From an uncultured Gemmatimonadales bacterium (GTDB lineage: Bacteria; Gemmatimonadota; Gemmatimonadetes; Longimicrobiales; RSA9), in contig CAWFKH010000004.1 in the NCBI GenBank assembly GCA_963816355.1, positions 96,001-160,000 of the forward strand: a stretch of DNA of 64,000 nucleotides, written 5' to 3'. A model generated the notes under the pieces. That model saw nothing but the letters and a program-made list of their open reading frames with translations. It did no database searches and was not told where the DNA came from. A program made the translations under genes and the position numbers. Positions 38,957 to 49,307 of this stretch are shown here, one piece after another (within the stretch, counting starts at the first letter, position 1; every line of letters starts with the position of its first letter).

Positions 38957-40402
38957 TCACCCATTCACCACCGCCCTTCTGTTCTTCCCCGTCGCCGCCC
39001 CCTGCTCCTTCCGCCGCATCTGCTCGATCGACGGCACCAGCAGCTCCAACAGCCCGCGCGCCGCCGCCGGCTCCGCCGCATCGCCCAGGCCGCCGCCGAC
39101 CGCCGCGAGCGGCAGGATCGCCTGCGCCATCGTCGCGTGGCCGCCGCCGCTGCCGCGCTCCGCGACGACGCGGCGTGCGAGCTCGCCCGCCCCCGGATCC
39201 GGTCCCGAGTGGCGGATCTTGATCACCAGCTCTTCGCCGACCTGCGCGGCGGCGGCGGACCAGCGCACGCCCTCCATGCCGAGCAGGAAGTCGGCGAGAT
39301 TGGCGAGGATGTGGACCTCGTCGGGGGAGTCGACGTCCATGACCGCGACGACGGTGTCGGCGTCGGCGGCGGCGTGGAGCAGCGCCAGGCCGTAGCTGCG
39401 CAGGCTCTCCTTCCTGAAGCCCGGGCGCTCGATGCGGTGGAGGAGCGCGGCGTCGGCGCGCTCCTGGAGGAAGGCGTAGGCGACGACGTCGGCCGCGGTG
39501 GCGCCGCGGCTGAGCGCGTTCGTGTCCGTCTTGATGCCGTAGAGCAGCGCGGTCGCGAGGCGCGTGCGGATGCGGCGCTCGTCGTCCACGCGCAGGTACT
39601 CGGTCAGCATCGTGGCGGTGGCGCCGTAGTCGGGCCGGATGTCGGCGAGCAGCGCGCGGTAGCCGGTCGCGGGCGGGTGGTGGTCGATGACGGCGAAGGC
39701 GGGGCCGTCGTCGCCGCCGTCGAGCGCGTACGGCTGCGTGTCGACGGTCACGATGCGGGCGAACGCGCGCAGCTCCGACTCCTGCACCGTCGTCACCTGC
39801 ACGCGCAGCAGCTCCGCCATGCGGCGGTTCTCGGGGCGGGTCACCTCGCCCAGCGAGATGATCGGCGCCGAGGATGCGGTGCGGCGCAGCAGCGCGCGCA
39901 CGGCGAGCGCGCTCGCCATGCCGTCCGGGTCGGGGTCCGGCTGCACGAGGATCGGCAGCGTCTCGACGCCGCGCGCGAAGCGCTTGAGGCGGTGGACGCG
40001 CCGCTCCGTCTCGAGGCGGCGGATCTCCTGCTCCAGGTCCACCTTCACGAACTGCGGCCAGGGCAGGCATTTCGCGGCGGTGCGGCGCGGCATGCGCGGC
40101 CGCCGCGCGTCGCCGCAGATCGCCAGGATCGCGGCCTCGCGGTTGAGCCGCACGATGCGGTGCGCGGCGGTCGAGACGACGCGGCGCTCCGCGAAGTCGA
40201 GGACCGCCACGAGGTCCGGCGCGTCCTGCGCGAGCCGGCGGTACGTGGCCGCGTCGCACGGATCCCCGCGGAACGCGTGCGCCTCGTCCACGGCCGCCGG
40301 CCGCTCCGCGCCGGCGGGCAGCCAGTAGTGGACGTCGCAGCCCGGCAGCTCGACGCTCGCGAACAGCTCGGGTCGCTCGCTGACGATCAGGATTCTCGGC
40401 AT
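38957..40402 (-). CDS. DHH family phosphoesterase with N-terminal extension
   Basis: PDPDGMASA, VIDHH, GATATMLTEYL, GIKTDT and GSGGGHATMA motifs. Confidence 0.88.
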   Translation of the reverse strand: MPRILIVSERPELFASVELPGCDVHYWLPAGAERPAAVDEAHAFRGDPCDAATYRRLAQDAPDLVAVLDFAERRVVSTAAHRIVRLNREAAILAICGDARRPRMPRRTAAKCLPWPQFVKVDLEQEIRRLETERRVHRLKRFARGVETLPILVQPDPDPDGMASALAVRALLRRTASSAPIISLGEVTRPENRRMAELLRVQVTTVQESELRAFARIVTVDTQPYALDGGDDGPAFAVIDHHPPATGYRALLADIRPDYGATATMLTEYLRVDDERRIRTRLATALLYGIKTDTNALSRGATAADVVAYAFLQERADAALLHRIERPGFRKESLRSYGLALLHAAADADTVVAVMDVDSPDEVHILANLADFLLGMEGVRWSAAAAQVGEELVIKIRHSGPDPGAGELARRVVAERGSGGGHATMAQAILPLAAVGGGLGDAAEPAAARGLLELLVPSIEQMRRKEQGAATGKNRRAVVNG

Positions 40403-40591
40403 CGCGGTCGCCTCGTCGCGGCGGGAAGTGCCCCGCCCCGGTTGCAACGTTCGTTCCCCGCCGGCCGTCGGGCAATGCGGCGCGATCGCGCGCGGGCGCC
40501 GGCCGCGCAACACGCCGGCCGCCCTTGCCCGCGCCGCTCCGCCCGTCCAGCTTGTCGGCAACGGTGGATCTCGCGGGCCGGGAGACGACGT

Positions 40592-41110
40592 ATGCAACGC
40601 AACGCCACCCTCGTGGCGGACCTCGTCAAGGGCGCCGTCGCGGGCGCGGCGGCGACGTGGGTGATCTACGGCGCCCGGCGCGCCGGCCGCTCCCTGCCGC
40701 GCGCGCCGTGGAGCGCCGCGAACGGGGGTGCGGCGGGCGGCGGCGTGTACGGCGCCTCGTTCGGCGCCTCGTTCGGCGCCGCGCACGCCGGTCGCGCGGC
40801 CGCCGCGCCGCACCTCGGTCCGCGCGCGCGGGACGTGGTCGGCTGGGCGGTCGGGATCGGCGGCGGCGCCGTGTACGGCGTGCTGCGGCGGCGGCTGCGG
40901 CTCCCCGGCCGCGGCCGCGCAATCGGCTCCGGCCCCGGTTTCTTCCTGCTTCTCGACGAGCGCGTCGCGCCGCTGCTCGGCCTCGCCCCGGCGCCGGGGC
41001 AGCTCCCGTGGCAGACGCGCGCGCGCGGCCTCGCCGGGCACCTCCTCTACGGCGCCGTCGCGGACGCCGTCATCGGCGCGCTGGAGCGCGGTCATGGCGG
41101 ACGACGCTAG
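40592..41110 (+). CDS. Hypothetical membrane protein
   Basis: GGAG RBS; KGAVAGAAATWV...HLLYGAV hydrophobic helices; overlaps the ROK start. Confidence 0.65.
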   Translation: MQRNATLVADLVKGAVAGAAATWVIYGARRAGRSLPRAPWSAANGGAAGGGVYGASFGASFGAAHAGRAAAAPHLGPRARDVVGWAVGIGGGAVYGVLRRRLRLPGRGRAIGSGPGFFLLLDERVAPLLGLAPAPGQLPWQTRARGLAGHLLYGAVADAVIGALERGHGGRR

Positions 41111-42095
41111 CGCGCCGCGCGTCGTCGCGGTCGACCTCGGCGGCACGAAGCTCGCCGTGGCCGACGTCGCGGAGGACGGCACGATCCGCGCGAGCACGCG
41201 CCGCGCCACGGCGGTGATCGCGGGCCCGGACGCGGTCGTCGCGGAGATCGGCGACGCGTTCGACGCGCTGCGCGCGGAGACCGGCGTTGCGGACTACGCC
41301 GCGCTCGGCATCGGCGTCGCGGGGCAGGTGCAGCCGGGGACCGGCGTCGTGCGCTACGCGCCGAACCTCGGCTGGCACGATTTCCCGCTGCGCGCGCGCG
41401 TCGAGGCGCGCGTGGGGCTCCCCGTCACCGTGCTGAACGACGTGCAGTCGGCGGCGTACGGCGAGTCCCGGTACGGCGCGGGCAAGGGCGTCGCCGAGAT
41501 GGTCGCGATCTTCGTCGGCACCGGCGTGGGTGGCGGCGTGATCCACGACGGCTCGCTCGTGCTGGGTTGCGGCGGCAGCGCGGGCGAGGTGGGCCACATC
41601 ACGATCGACCTGGACGGCCCGGAGTGCCGGTGCGGCAACCGCGGCTGCCTGGAGTCGTTCGTCGGCGGCTGGGCGATCGCGCTGCGCGCGCGGGAAGCGG
41701 TCGCGGCGCGGCCGGCGGAGGGACGTCGCCTGCTGGAGCTGGTGGAGGGCGACGCCGATCGGCTCACCGCCGAGGCGGTCTCCACCGCGGCGATCGAAGG
41801 CGACCCGCTCGCGCTCGAGATGGTGGCGGACGTGGCGCGGCTGCTCGGCGTCGGAATCGCGACGATCGCCAATCTCTACAACCCCTGCCTGGTCGTGCTG
41901 GGCGGCGGCGTCATGGAGGGGATCCCCGGCCTGCTCGAGCGCGTCGAGAGCGCGGTGCAGGAGCGGGCGCTCCGCGCCGCCGCCGAGGGGATGCGCGTGG
42001 TGGCCGCCGGACTCGGGCCGTGGGCGGGCGTCGTCGGCGCCGCCGCCTGGGCACGCCGCAGCCTGGACGAGGACGCCGGCCTCGCCGCTCCGTGA
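41094..42095 (+). CDS. ROK family sugar kinase (glucokinase-like)
   Basis: VDLGGTK, NDVQSAAYGE, GTGVGGG and GEVGH..CRCGNRGCLE motifs. Confidence 0.93.
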   Translation: MADDASAPRVVAVDLGGTKLAVADVAEDGTIRASTRRATAVIAGPDAVVAEIGDAFDALRAETGVADYAALGIGVAGQVQPGTGVVRYAPNLGWHDFPLRARVEARVGLPVTVLNDVQSAAYGESRYGAGKGVAEMVAIFVGTGVGGGVIHDGSLVLGCGGSAGEVGHITIDLDGPECRCGNRGCLESFVGGWAIALRAREAVAARPAEGRRLLELVEGDADRLTAEAVSTAAIEGDPLALEMVADVARLLGVGIATIANLYNPCLVVLGGGVMEGIPGLLERVESAVQERALRAAAEGMRVVAAGLGPWAGVVGAAAWARRSLDEDAGLAAP

Positions 42096-43141
42096 GGTTC
42101 ACGACGCCCGCCGCCGACGCCCTCGAGGTCCGCGGGCGGCTGCTCCGCTTCGCCGTCGCGCTGGCCGTCATCACGGCGCTCGGCACGGCGGGCTACATGC
42201 TGCTCGAAGGCTGGGGGCTGATCGACGCCCTCTACATGGTCGTGATCACCCTCTCGACCGTCGGGTTCCGCGAGGTGAACCCGCTCTCGGAGCCGGGCCG
42301 CCTCTTCACGATCGCGCTCATCGTGGCCGGCGTCAGCAACGTCGCCTACCTCGTCAGCGCGGCCGGCGAGTACATCGTGAGCGGCGCGTTCCGGGGCTCA
42401 CTGCGGAGGCAGCGCATGCAGAAGGAGATCGACCGGCTCGCCGGCCACTACATCGTGTGCGGCTACGGCCGCGTCGGGCGACAGGTGGCCGAGGACCTCG
42501 AGCGGCGCGACAAGCCGTTCGTCCTCGTCGAGTCGGACGCCGCCGTCCTCGGCGGCATCACCGCGCAGCGCGCCACGATCAACGGCGACGCCGCCGACAA
42601 CGAGGTGCTGAAGAGCGCCGGCATCGAGCGCGCGCGCGGCCTCGTCGCGACCACCGGCGACGACGCCAACAACGTCTTCATCACCCTGACCGCGCGCGCG
42701 CTGAATCCGCGCCTGACCATCGTGGCCCGCAGCAACACGCCCTCGACCGAGCAGAAGCTGATCGACGCCGGCGCGAGCCACGTCATCTCGCCCTTCACGA
42801 TCGCCGGCCGCCGCATCTCCGCGCAGCTCCTCTACCCCTCGATCACGGACTTCCTCGACGTCGTCGTGCAGGCGGGCGGCGTCGAGTTGGCGATGGAGGA
42901 GATCCGCGTGGGGCCCGGCAGCGCGCTGGAGGACGAGAGCATCGGTGAGGCGGCCGTCCGCTCGCGCACCGGCGCCAACGTGCTCGCCATCCGCTCCTTA
43001 CCCGACACCGCCTTCGTCACCAACCCGCCACCCGACTTCCGCTTCCGCTCCGGCGACCTGCTCGTCGCGCTCGGCACGCCCGACCAGCTCCGCACGCTCG
43101 CCGAGCTCGCCGGCGAGCGCCGCGCCCTCGACCAGCGGTGA
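42092..43141 (+). CDS. Potassium channel with TrkA-N/TrkA-C (RCK) domains
   Basis: TLSTVGF pore motif, HYIVCGYGRVG and C-terminal TrkA-C. Confidence 0.92.
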   Translation: MRFTTPAADALEVRGRLLRFAVALAVITALGTAGYMLLEGWGLIDALYMVVITLSTVGFREVNPLSEPGRLFTIALIVAGVSNVAYLVSAAGEYIVSGAFRGSLRRQRMQKEIDRLAGHYIVCGYGRVGRQVAEDLERRDKPFVLVESDAAVLGGITAQRATINGDAADNEVLKSAGIERARGLVATTGDDANNVFITLTARALNPRLTIVARSNTPSTEQKLIDAGASHVISPFTIAGRRISAQLLYPSITDFLDVVVQAGGVELAMEEIRVGPGSALEDESIGEAAVRSRTGANVLAIRSLPDTAFVTNPPPDFRFRSGDLLVALGTPDQLRTLAELAGERRALDQR

Positions 43142-44055
43142 GGTTCACCGTCCTCGGCGCCGGCGGCGTGGGCGGCTACTACGGCGCCCTCCTCGCCCGT
43201 GCCGGCAACGACGTCGCCTTCCTCGCCCGCGGCGCCAACCTCGCCGCGCTGCGCGAGCGCGGCGCCGAGATCCGCACGCCCGCAGACACGCCCGGGGAGC
43301 GGTTCCACGCGCGCATCGCCGCGTACGAGGACGCCGCGCGCCTGCCCCCATGCGACGTCGCGATCGTCGCCGTCAAGTCCTACGCGCTCGACGACGTCGC
43401 GCCCGCCGCGCGCCGGGCGGCGGAGGGCGGCGCCGCCGTGCTGCCGCTCCTCAACGGCGTCGACATCGTCGACCGCCTCGCGGCGTCCGGCGTGCCGCGC
43501 GACGCGCTGCTGGCGGGGCTAACCTACATCAGCGCGGTGCGCGCCGCGCCCGGCGTCTTCGAGCGCCGCAGCCCTTTCCAGCGCGTCGTCGTGGGCGAGC
43601 CGGAGGGCGCCGTCTCGGAGCGCGCCCGCGCGGTCGCCGCCGCGTTCGCGCACGCCGGCGCCGACGCGACCGCATCCGGCGACATCGCACTCGAGCTGTG
43701 GCGCAAGTTCGTCTTCCTCGTCGCCATGTCGGCCGCGTGCGGTCTGTCCCGCGCGCCGATCGGAGCGCTGCGCGAGCGGCCGCTCGGGCCGCGCCTGCTC
43801 GAGCGCGCGGTCGCGGAGGCCGCCGCCGTCGCCCGCGCCCGCGGCGTGCCCTTCGACGGCGACGAGGAGCGCGGCGCGCTGGAGCGGCTGCGCGGCCTGC
43901 CGGGCGCGATGAAGCCGAGCTTCCTGCTCGACGTCGAGGCGGGCGGCGCGACGGAGCTCGACACCCTCAGCGGCGCCGTGGCGCGGCTGGGGGCGGCGGC
44001 CGGCATCGAGACGCCGATCCACGACGCCGCCGTCGCCGCGCTCGGCGGCGCGTAG
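43138..44055 (+). CDS. panE: 2-dehydropantoate 2-reductase family protein
   Basis: GAGGVGGYYG, AVKSY, LLNG, LWRKF and SFLLD..G..TELD motifs. Confidence 0.85.
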   Translation: MRFTVLGAGGVGGYYGALLARAGNDVAFLARGANLAALRERGAEIRTPADTPGERFHARIAAYEDAARLPPCDVAIVAVKSYALDDVAPAARRAAEGGAAVLPLLNGVDIVDRLAASGVPRDALLAGLTYISAVRAAPGVFERRSPFQRVVVGEPEGAVSERARAVAAAFAHAGADATASGDIALELWRKFVFLVAMSAACGLSRAPIGALRERPLGPRLLERAVAEAAAVARARGVPFDGDEERGALERLRGLPGAMKPSFLLDVEAGGATELDTLSGAVARLGAAAGIETPIHDAAVAALGGA

Positions 44056-44186
44056 GCCGCCCGCGCCTTGTCGCGACGCGGCCCTCGTTGCACATTGCGA
44101 GCGCGCCGCGCCCGCGGCCCGACCATCGCCGGCTCCCTCCGCTTTCCGAGCCGGGACCCCGACAACCGTAGCGAAAAGGTCCTGCC

Positions 44187-47100
44187 ATGTCCGCGACCCC
44201 CACGCAATGGCGGCGTGCAGCCGCCTCCTTCGCGGCCGCCGCGCTCGCGTTCGGCCTGGTGCCGCTCGTGGCGCCGCGCCCGGCCCGCGCGGCCACCCTT
44301 GGCGTCGCCGGCTCCGCGGCCGCCACGCGCGCCGCGCTCCAGCAACAGGACGCGGCACGGGACACGACGAAGAACGGCAAGAAGAAGAAGAAGGACCTGC
44401 CGCTGGAGCCGGCCCGCACGATCTCGTTCACGACGACGCGCGGCACGTGGCTCTCGCTCGACGTCTCGCCGGACGGCCGCACGATCGTCTTCGACATGCT
44501 CGGCGACCTGTACACGCTGCCGATCGAGGGCGGCCGGGCGACGCGGCTGACGAGCGGTCTGGCCTACGACGCGCAGCCGCGCTTCAGCCCGGACGGCAAG
44601 CGCATCGTGTTCGTCTCGGACCGCAGCGGCGGCGAGAACCTGTGGATCCAGTCGCTGGACGGGCGCGACACGCTGCAGCTCACGAAGGGAGACGACGACG
44701 ATTACCTGTCGCCGGAGTGGACGCCGGACGGGAAATACATCGTCGCATCGAAGGGCGCCGGCTCGCTGCCCAACCTCTGGCTCTTCAACGTGGAAGGCGG
44801 CACCGGCCTGGCGCTGACGAAGGACGCCCCGGACACGCCGCGCCAGAACCGGCGCAAGGACGTGGGCGCTGCGTTCGGACCGGACGGCCGCTACATCTGG
44901 TATGCGACCCGCCGCGGCGCCTGGGAGTACAACGCGATCCTGCCGCAGTACCAGCTCCAGGTGTACGACCGCCGGACCGGCGAGAGCTCGACGATGACCG
45001 ACCGCTACGGCTCCGCGTTCCGGCCGACGCTCTCGCCCGACGGCAAGTGGCTCGTCTACGGCACGCGCCACGAGGCCGACACCGGGCTGCGCATCCGCGA
45101 ACTCGCCAGCGGCGAGGAGCGCTGGCTCGCCTACCCTGTCCAGCGCGACGACCAGGAGTCCGTCGCACCGCTCGACGTGCTCCCCGGCATGGCCTTCACA
45201 CCGGACTCGAAGGCGCTCGTCGTCTCCTACGGCGGCGAGATCTGGAAGCTGCCGGTCGACGGATCGGCGCCCGCGAGGATTCCCTTCACCGCGGACGTCG
45301 CCGCCCAGCTCGGGCCGCTCTCCCACTTCGACTACCGCGTCGACGACGCGGCGACCTTCGATGCGCACCAGATCCGCGACGCCGTCCCCTCGCCCGACGG
45401 GCGGCGCCTCGCCTTCACCTCGCTCGACCACCTCTACGTCATGGACTGGCCGGACGGCACGCCGCGCCGGCTGACGGACCTCGAGCTCGGCGAGGCGGAG
45501 CCGGCGTGGTCGCCCGACGGGCGCTGGATCGCCTTCGCGAGCTGGAGCGACCGCGGCGCCGGCGGCCTGTGGCGCGTGCGCGCCGACGGGCGCGCGAAGG
45601 CGGAGCGCCTCACGGGCACGAGCGGCTATTACCGGCAGCCCGCGTGGTCGCCGGACGGCGCCCGCATCGTCGCGCTGCGCGCCGCCGGGCGCGTGCGGCA
45701 ACGCGCCAGCTCGTTCTTCGACGCGCTCGGCTCCGAATTCGTGTGGGTCCCCGCCACGGGCGGCGAGGTGACGGTGATCGCGCCGGTCGAGGGCCGCGAG
45801 CACCCGCACTTCACCTCCGACGCGTCGCGCATCTGGGCCTATTCGTCGCGCGACGGCCTCGTCTCCTTCCGCTGGGACGGCACCGACGTGCGCCACCACC
45901 TGAAGGTGACGGGCGGCCGCACGCCGGGCGCGACGCAGCCGATGCGCGCGGACCTCGCGCTGATCGCGCCACGGGGCGACCAGGCGCTCGTCCAGGTGAA
46001 CAGCGACCTCTACGTCGTCGCCGTGCCGCAGGTCGGCGAGGAGGCGCCCACGATCTCCGTGGCGAATCCCGAGAACGCCGCGATGCCGGTGCGCAAGCTG
46101 ACCGACATCGGCGGCGAGTTCCCCGCCTGGAGCGCCGACGGCCGCTCCGTCCACTGGTCGATCGGCAACGCGCACCTCGTCTACGACCTCGACCGCGCCC
46201 GGGCCTTCGAGGACAGCGCGCGCGACGCCGCGCGCGAGCGCGCCGATGCCCAGCCCGACTCCGCGGCGAAGCCGGACTCCGCCGCGGCGGCGAAGTACCG
46301 GCCTCTCGAGCGGCGCGTCGTGGTGCGCGCCACGCGCGACCTGCCGAAGGGGACCGCCGTGCTGCGCGGCGCGCGCGTCGTCACGATGAAGGGGGACGAG
46401 GTGATCGACGACGCGGACCTCGTCGTGCGCGACGACCGCATCGTCGCCGTCGGCCCGCGCGGACAGGTGGAGGTGCCCGCGGACGCGAAGGTGATCGACG
46501 TCGCCGGCAAGACGATCGTGCCCGGCTTCGTCGACACGCATTACCACACGCAGTGGCTGGTGCCCGAGATCCACAGCTCGCAGGTTTGGCAGTACCTCGC
46601 CACGCTCGCCTACGGCACCACCACGACGCGCGACCCGCAGACCTCGACCACCGACGTGCTCACCTACGAGGACCGCGTCGAGACCGGCGCGATGCTCGGA
46701 CCGCGCATCTTCTCGACCGGCCCCGGCGTCTTCTCCAGCGAGCTGATCAAGAGCTACGAGCAGGCGAAGGACGTGCTCGAGCGCTACAGCCGCTATTACG
46801 ACACCGAGACGCTGAAGATGTACATGACCGGCAACCGCCGGCAGCGGCAGTGGGTCATCATGGCCGCGAAGGAGCTGGGGCTCACGCCCACCACCGAGGG
46901 CGGCCTCGACCACGAGCTCGACCTCACGCACATCCTCGACGGCTACGCCGGCGTCGAGCACGCGCTGCCGATCGAGCCGAAGTACGACGACGTCGTCCGG
47001 CTGCTCGCCGAGTCCGGCACCGTCAACACGCCCACCCTCCTCGTCTCCTACGGCGGGCCGTGGGCCGAGGACTACTTCTACACGACCACGAACGTCCACG

Positions 47101-47633
47101 GCGACGCGAAGCTGAGCCACTTCACGCCGCACGAGGAGCTCGACGCCAAGACGCGGCGCCGCGGCCAGGGCGCCGGCGGCTCGCCCGGCCCCGGCGGCTG
47201 GTTCATGAAGGACGAGTACGTCTTCCCGCTGCACGCGAAGTTCGCCAAGGACGTCGTCGACGCGGGCGGCAAGGTGGGGATCGGCAGCCACGGCCAGCTC
47301 CAGGGCCTCGGCTACCACTGGGAGATGTGGGCGATGGCGAGCGGCGGCATGACCAATCACGAGGTGCTGCGCGCCGCCACCCTCTTCGGCGCCCAGGCGA
47401 TCGGGCTCGACCGCGACATCGGCTCCATCGAGACGGGCAAGCTCGCCGACCTCGTCGTCCTCGACGCCAACCCGCTCGAGGACATCCACAACACCGACAC
47501 GATCCGCTACGTCATGCGCGGCGGCCGGCTCTACGCCGGCGACACGCTCGACGAGGTGTGGCCGCGCCAGCGCGAGCTGCCCGCCCAACTCTGGAGGGAG
47601 GCGGAGCCGGCGACCGCGGCCGGCATCCACTAG
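44187..47633 (+). CDS. Exported amidohydrolase with N-terminal TolB/PD40 beta-propellers
   Basis: Signal peptide, repeated (W/F)SPDG units, PGFVDTHYH and GSIETGKLADLVVLDANPL. Confidence 0.92.
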   Translation: MSATPTQWRRAAASFAAAALAFGLVPLVAPRPARAATLGVAGSAAATRAALQQQDAARDTTKNGKKKKKDLPLEPARTISFTTTRGTWLSLDVSPDGRTIVFDMLGDLYTLPIEGGRATRLTSGLAYDAQPRFSPDGKRIVFVSDRSGGENLWIQSLDGRDTLQLTKGDDDDYLSPEWTPDGKYIVASKGAGSLPNLWLFNVEGGTGLALTKDAPDTPRQNRRKDVGAAFGPDGRYIWYATRRGAWEYNAILPQYQLQVYDRRTGESSTMTDRYGSAFRPTLSPDGKWLVYGTRHEADTGLRIRELASGEERWLAYPVQRDDQESVAPLDVLPGMAFTPDSKALVVSYGGEIWKLPVDGSAPARIPFTADVAAQLGPLSHFDYRVDDAATFDAHQIRDAVPSPDGRRLAFTSLDHLYVMDWPDGTPRRLTDLELGEAEPAWSPDGRWIAFASWSDRGAGGLWRVRADGRAKAERLTGTSGYYRQPAWSPDGARIVALRAAGRVRQRASSFFDALGSEFVWVPATGGEVTVIAPVEGREHPHFTSDASRIWAYSSRDGLVSFRWDGTDVRHHLKVTGGRTPGATQPMRADLALIAPRGDQALVQVNSDLYVVAVPQVGEEAPTISVANPENAAMPVRKLTDIGGEFPAWSADGRSVHWSIGNAHLVYDLDRARAFEDSARDAARERADAQPDSAAKPDSAAAAKYRPLERRVVVRATRDLPKGTAVLRGARVVTMKGDEVIDDADLVVRDDRIVAVGPRGQVEVPADAKVIDVAGKTIVPGFVDTHYHTQWLVPEIHSSQVWQYLATLAYGTTTTRDPQTSTTDVLTYEDRVETGAMLGPRIFSTGPGVFSSELIKSYEQAKDVLERYSRYYDTETLKMYMTGNRRQRQWVIMAAKELGLTPTTEGGLDHELDLTHILDGYAGVEHALPIEPKYDDVVRLLAESGTVNTPTLLVSYGGPWAEDYFYTTTNVHGDAKLSHFTPHEELDAKTRRRGQGAGGSPGPGGWFMKDEYVFPLHAKFAKDVVDAGGKVGIGSHGQLQGLGYHWEMWAMASGGMTNHEVLRAATLFGAQAIGLDRDIGSIETGKLADLVVLDANPLEDIHNTDTIRYVMRGGRLYAGDTLDEVWPRQRELPAQLWREAEPATAAGIH

Positions 47634-47702
47634 CCGGTCGCCGGAGCGGATCGGGGGGGCGGGGCGGATCGCCGCGGAATCCCGCTGGCGACCCGGGCGA
47701 GG

Positions 47703-49307
47703 CTAGCGGCCGCGCCCGCGCACGCGCCACTTCGCCGCGGAGGCGAAGGGGCCGTTGAGGTCGACGTCGACGCCGTCGATGCGGCGCCCGACGACCGCGA
47801 TGCGCGGGACGTAGACGGTGTAGACGATCGGGACGTCGGTGGCGACGCGCCGCTGCAGCGCGCGATAGAGGTCGCGGCGCGCGGTCGGCTCGACCGTGGT
47901 GCGGAGCGCATCGAGGAGCGAGTCGACCTCGGCGTTCGCGTACGACTCGAGGTTGCTGTCGCCGCCGGAGTGCAGCTCCGCGTACGGGATCGGGTTGACG
48001 ACGAGCGTCGGCGTGAAGCCGACGGCCATGGCCTGCGGCCGCTTCGCCGGGTCGAGGATCGTCGCGTAGAACGTGGCGGCCTCGAGGAGCTGGAGGCGCG
48101 CGTCGAAGCCGACGCGACGCAGCTGCGACTGCACGATGGTGAGCGTCGTCTGGTAGTTCTGCGGCCCGGCGATGGTGACGCGGAGCGGCGCGCCGGCCGC
48201 GTCGTGGCGGATGCCGTCGCGGTCGATCGTGCGCCAGCCGGCGCTGTCGAGCGCCGCGACCGCGCGCGCGGAGTCGTCGTCCGGCTGCGCCGCGCCGGGG
48301 TCGATGAGCGGACTGCCCAGTGGCAGGAACGTGGTGGCCACGCCGGCGGCGGGCGCGATCGCGTCCGCGATGTCCGCGCGGCGCAGGGCGGCGGAGAAGG
48401 CGCGTCGCACGCGCGCGTCGTCCAGCGGCGCCTGGCGCAGGTCCGGGATGATCACCTGCGACGCGGCGGGCGGCAGAGGCAGCGTGCGCACGCCGGGCGA
48501 GCCGGCCACCTCGGAGGCGACGCCCGCGCCGGCGATGCACAGGTCGACCGATCCCGTCTTCACCTCGACCACGAGCGTGGCGACCTCCGGGATCGCGCGG
48601 AAGACGATGCGGTCGAGCGCCGCCGCCCCCAGCGCGGCGGGGAACGCCGCATACCGCACGAAGGTGAGCGTGCCGTCCGCCGCCCGCCCGGCGAAGCGGA
48701 ACGGCCCGCTGCCCACGGGATTCCGGTTGTACGCGGCGCGCGCGAGGCGCTGCGGCGGGATCGTGTCGAGCAGGTGGCGCGGCAAGATCGGTAGCGCGGC
48801 GAGCGGCTCGACGCCGGCGATGAACGGGCTGCGGAACGTCACGGTCACGGTCGTCGTGTCCGGAGCCGCGATCGAGTCGACGCCCGCGAGGTCGGCGCTG
48901 CCCCAGTAGCCGTACGCCGTGTCGGTCGCCGCGCGCAGCGTCCACGCCACGTCCGCCGCGGTGAGGCGCTGGCCGTCGTGCCACGTCACGTCGTCGCGGA
49001 TCGTGAGCGTGAGCCGGCGCCGCTCGTCGTCCCACTTCCACGACGATGCGAGGTACGGCCGGAACTCGGTGCCGTCGTAGAGCACCAGCGGCGTGTAGAG
49101 CAGCAGCCGCAGATCGGAGGAGAGCTGGTCCGGCGAGACGAACGGGTCGAGGCTCGCCGGCTGCGCCGGGCCGCAGACGACGGCAGTGCCGCCGGCCGCG
49201 CCGCCCGCTCCGGCGCCGCCGGAGCCGCCGCCTTCGCGGCAGCCGCCCGCCGCGAGCACGGCGAGCGCGGCCGGCAGCAGCACGCGCCACGCGTCGCGCG
49301 CCCTCAC
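47703..49307 (-). CDS. Peptide/nickel-type ABC solute-binding lipoprotein (family 5)
   Basis: Lipobox AGGC, PYLASSW, VTWHDG..LTAADV and PVGSGPFRF; GTG overlaps the upstream stop. Confidence 0.88.
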   Translation of the reverse strand: MRARDAWRVLLPAALAVLAAGGCREGGGSGGAGAGGAAGGTAVVCGPAQPASLDPFVSPDQLSSDLRLLLYTPLVLYDGTEFRPYLASSWKWDDERRRLTLTIRDDVTWHDGQRLTAADVAWTLRAATDTAYGYWGSADLAGVDSIAAPDTTTVTVTFRSPFIAGVEPLAALPILPRHLLDTIPPQRLARAAYNRNPVGSGPFRFAGRAADGTLTFVRYAAFPAALGAAALDRIVFRAIPEVATLVVEVKTGSVDLCIAGAGVASEVAGSPGVRTLPLPPAASQVIIPDLRQAPLDDARVRRAFSAALRRADIADAIAPAAGVATTFLPLGSPLIDPGAAQPDDDSARAVAALDSAGWRTIDRDGIRHDAAGAPLRVTIAGPQNYQTTLTIVQSQLRRVGFDARLQLLEAATFYATILDPAKRPQAMAVGFTPTLVVNPIPYAELHSGGDSNLESYANAEVDSLLDALRTTVEPTARRDLYRALQRRVATDVPIVYTVYVPRIAVVGRRIDGVDVDLNGPFASAAKWRVRGRGR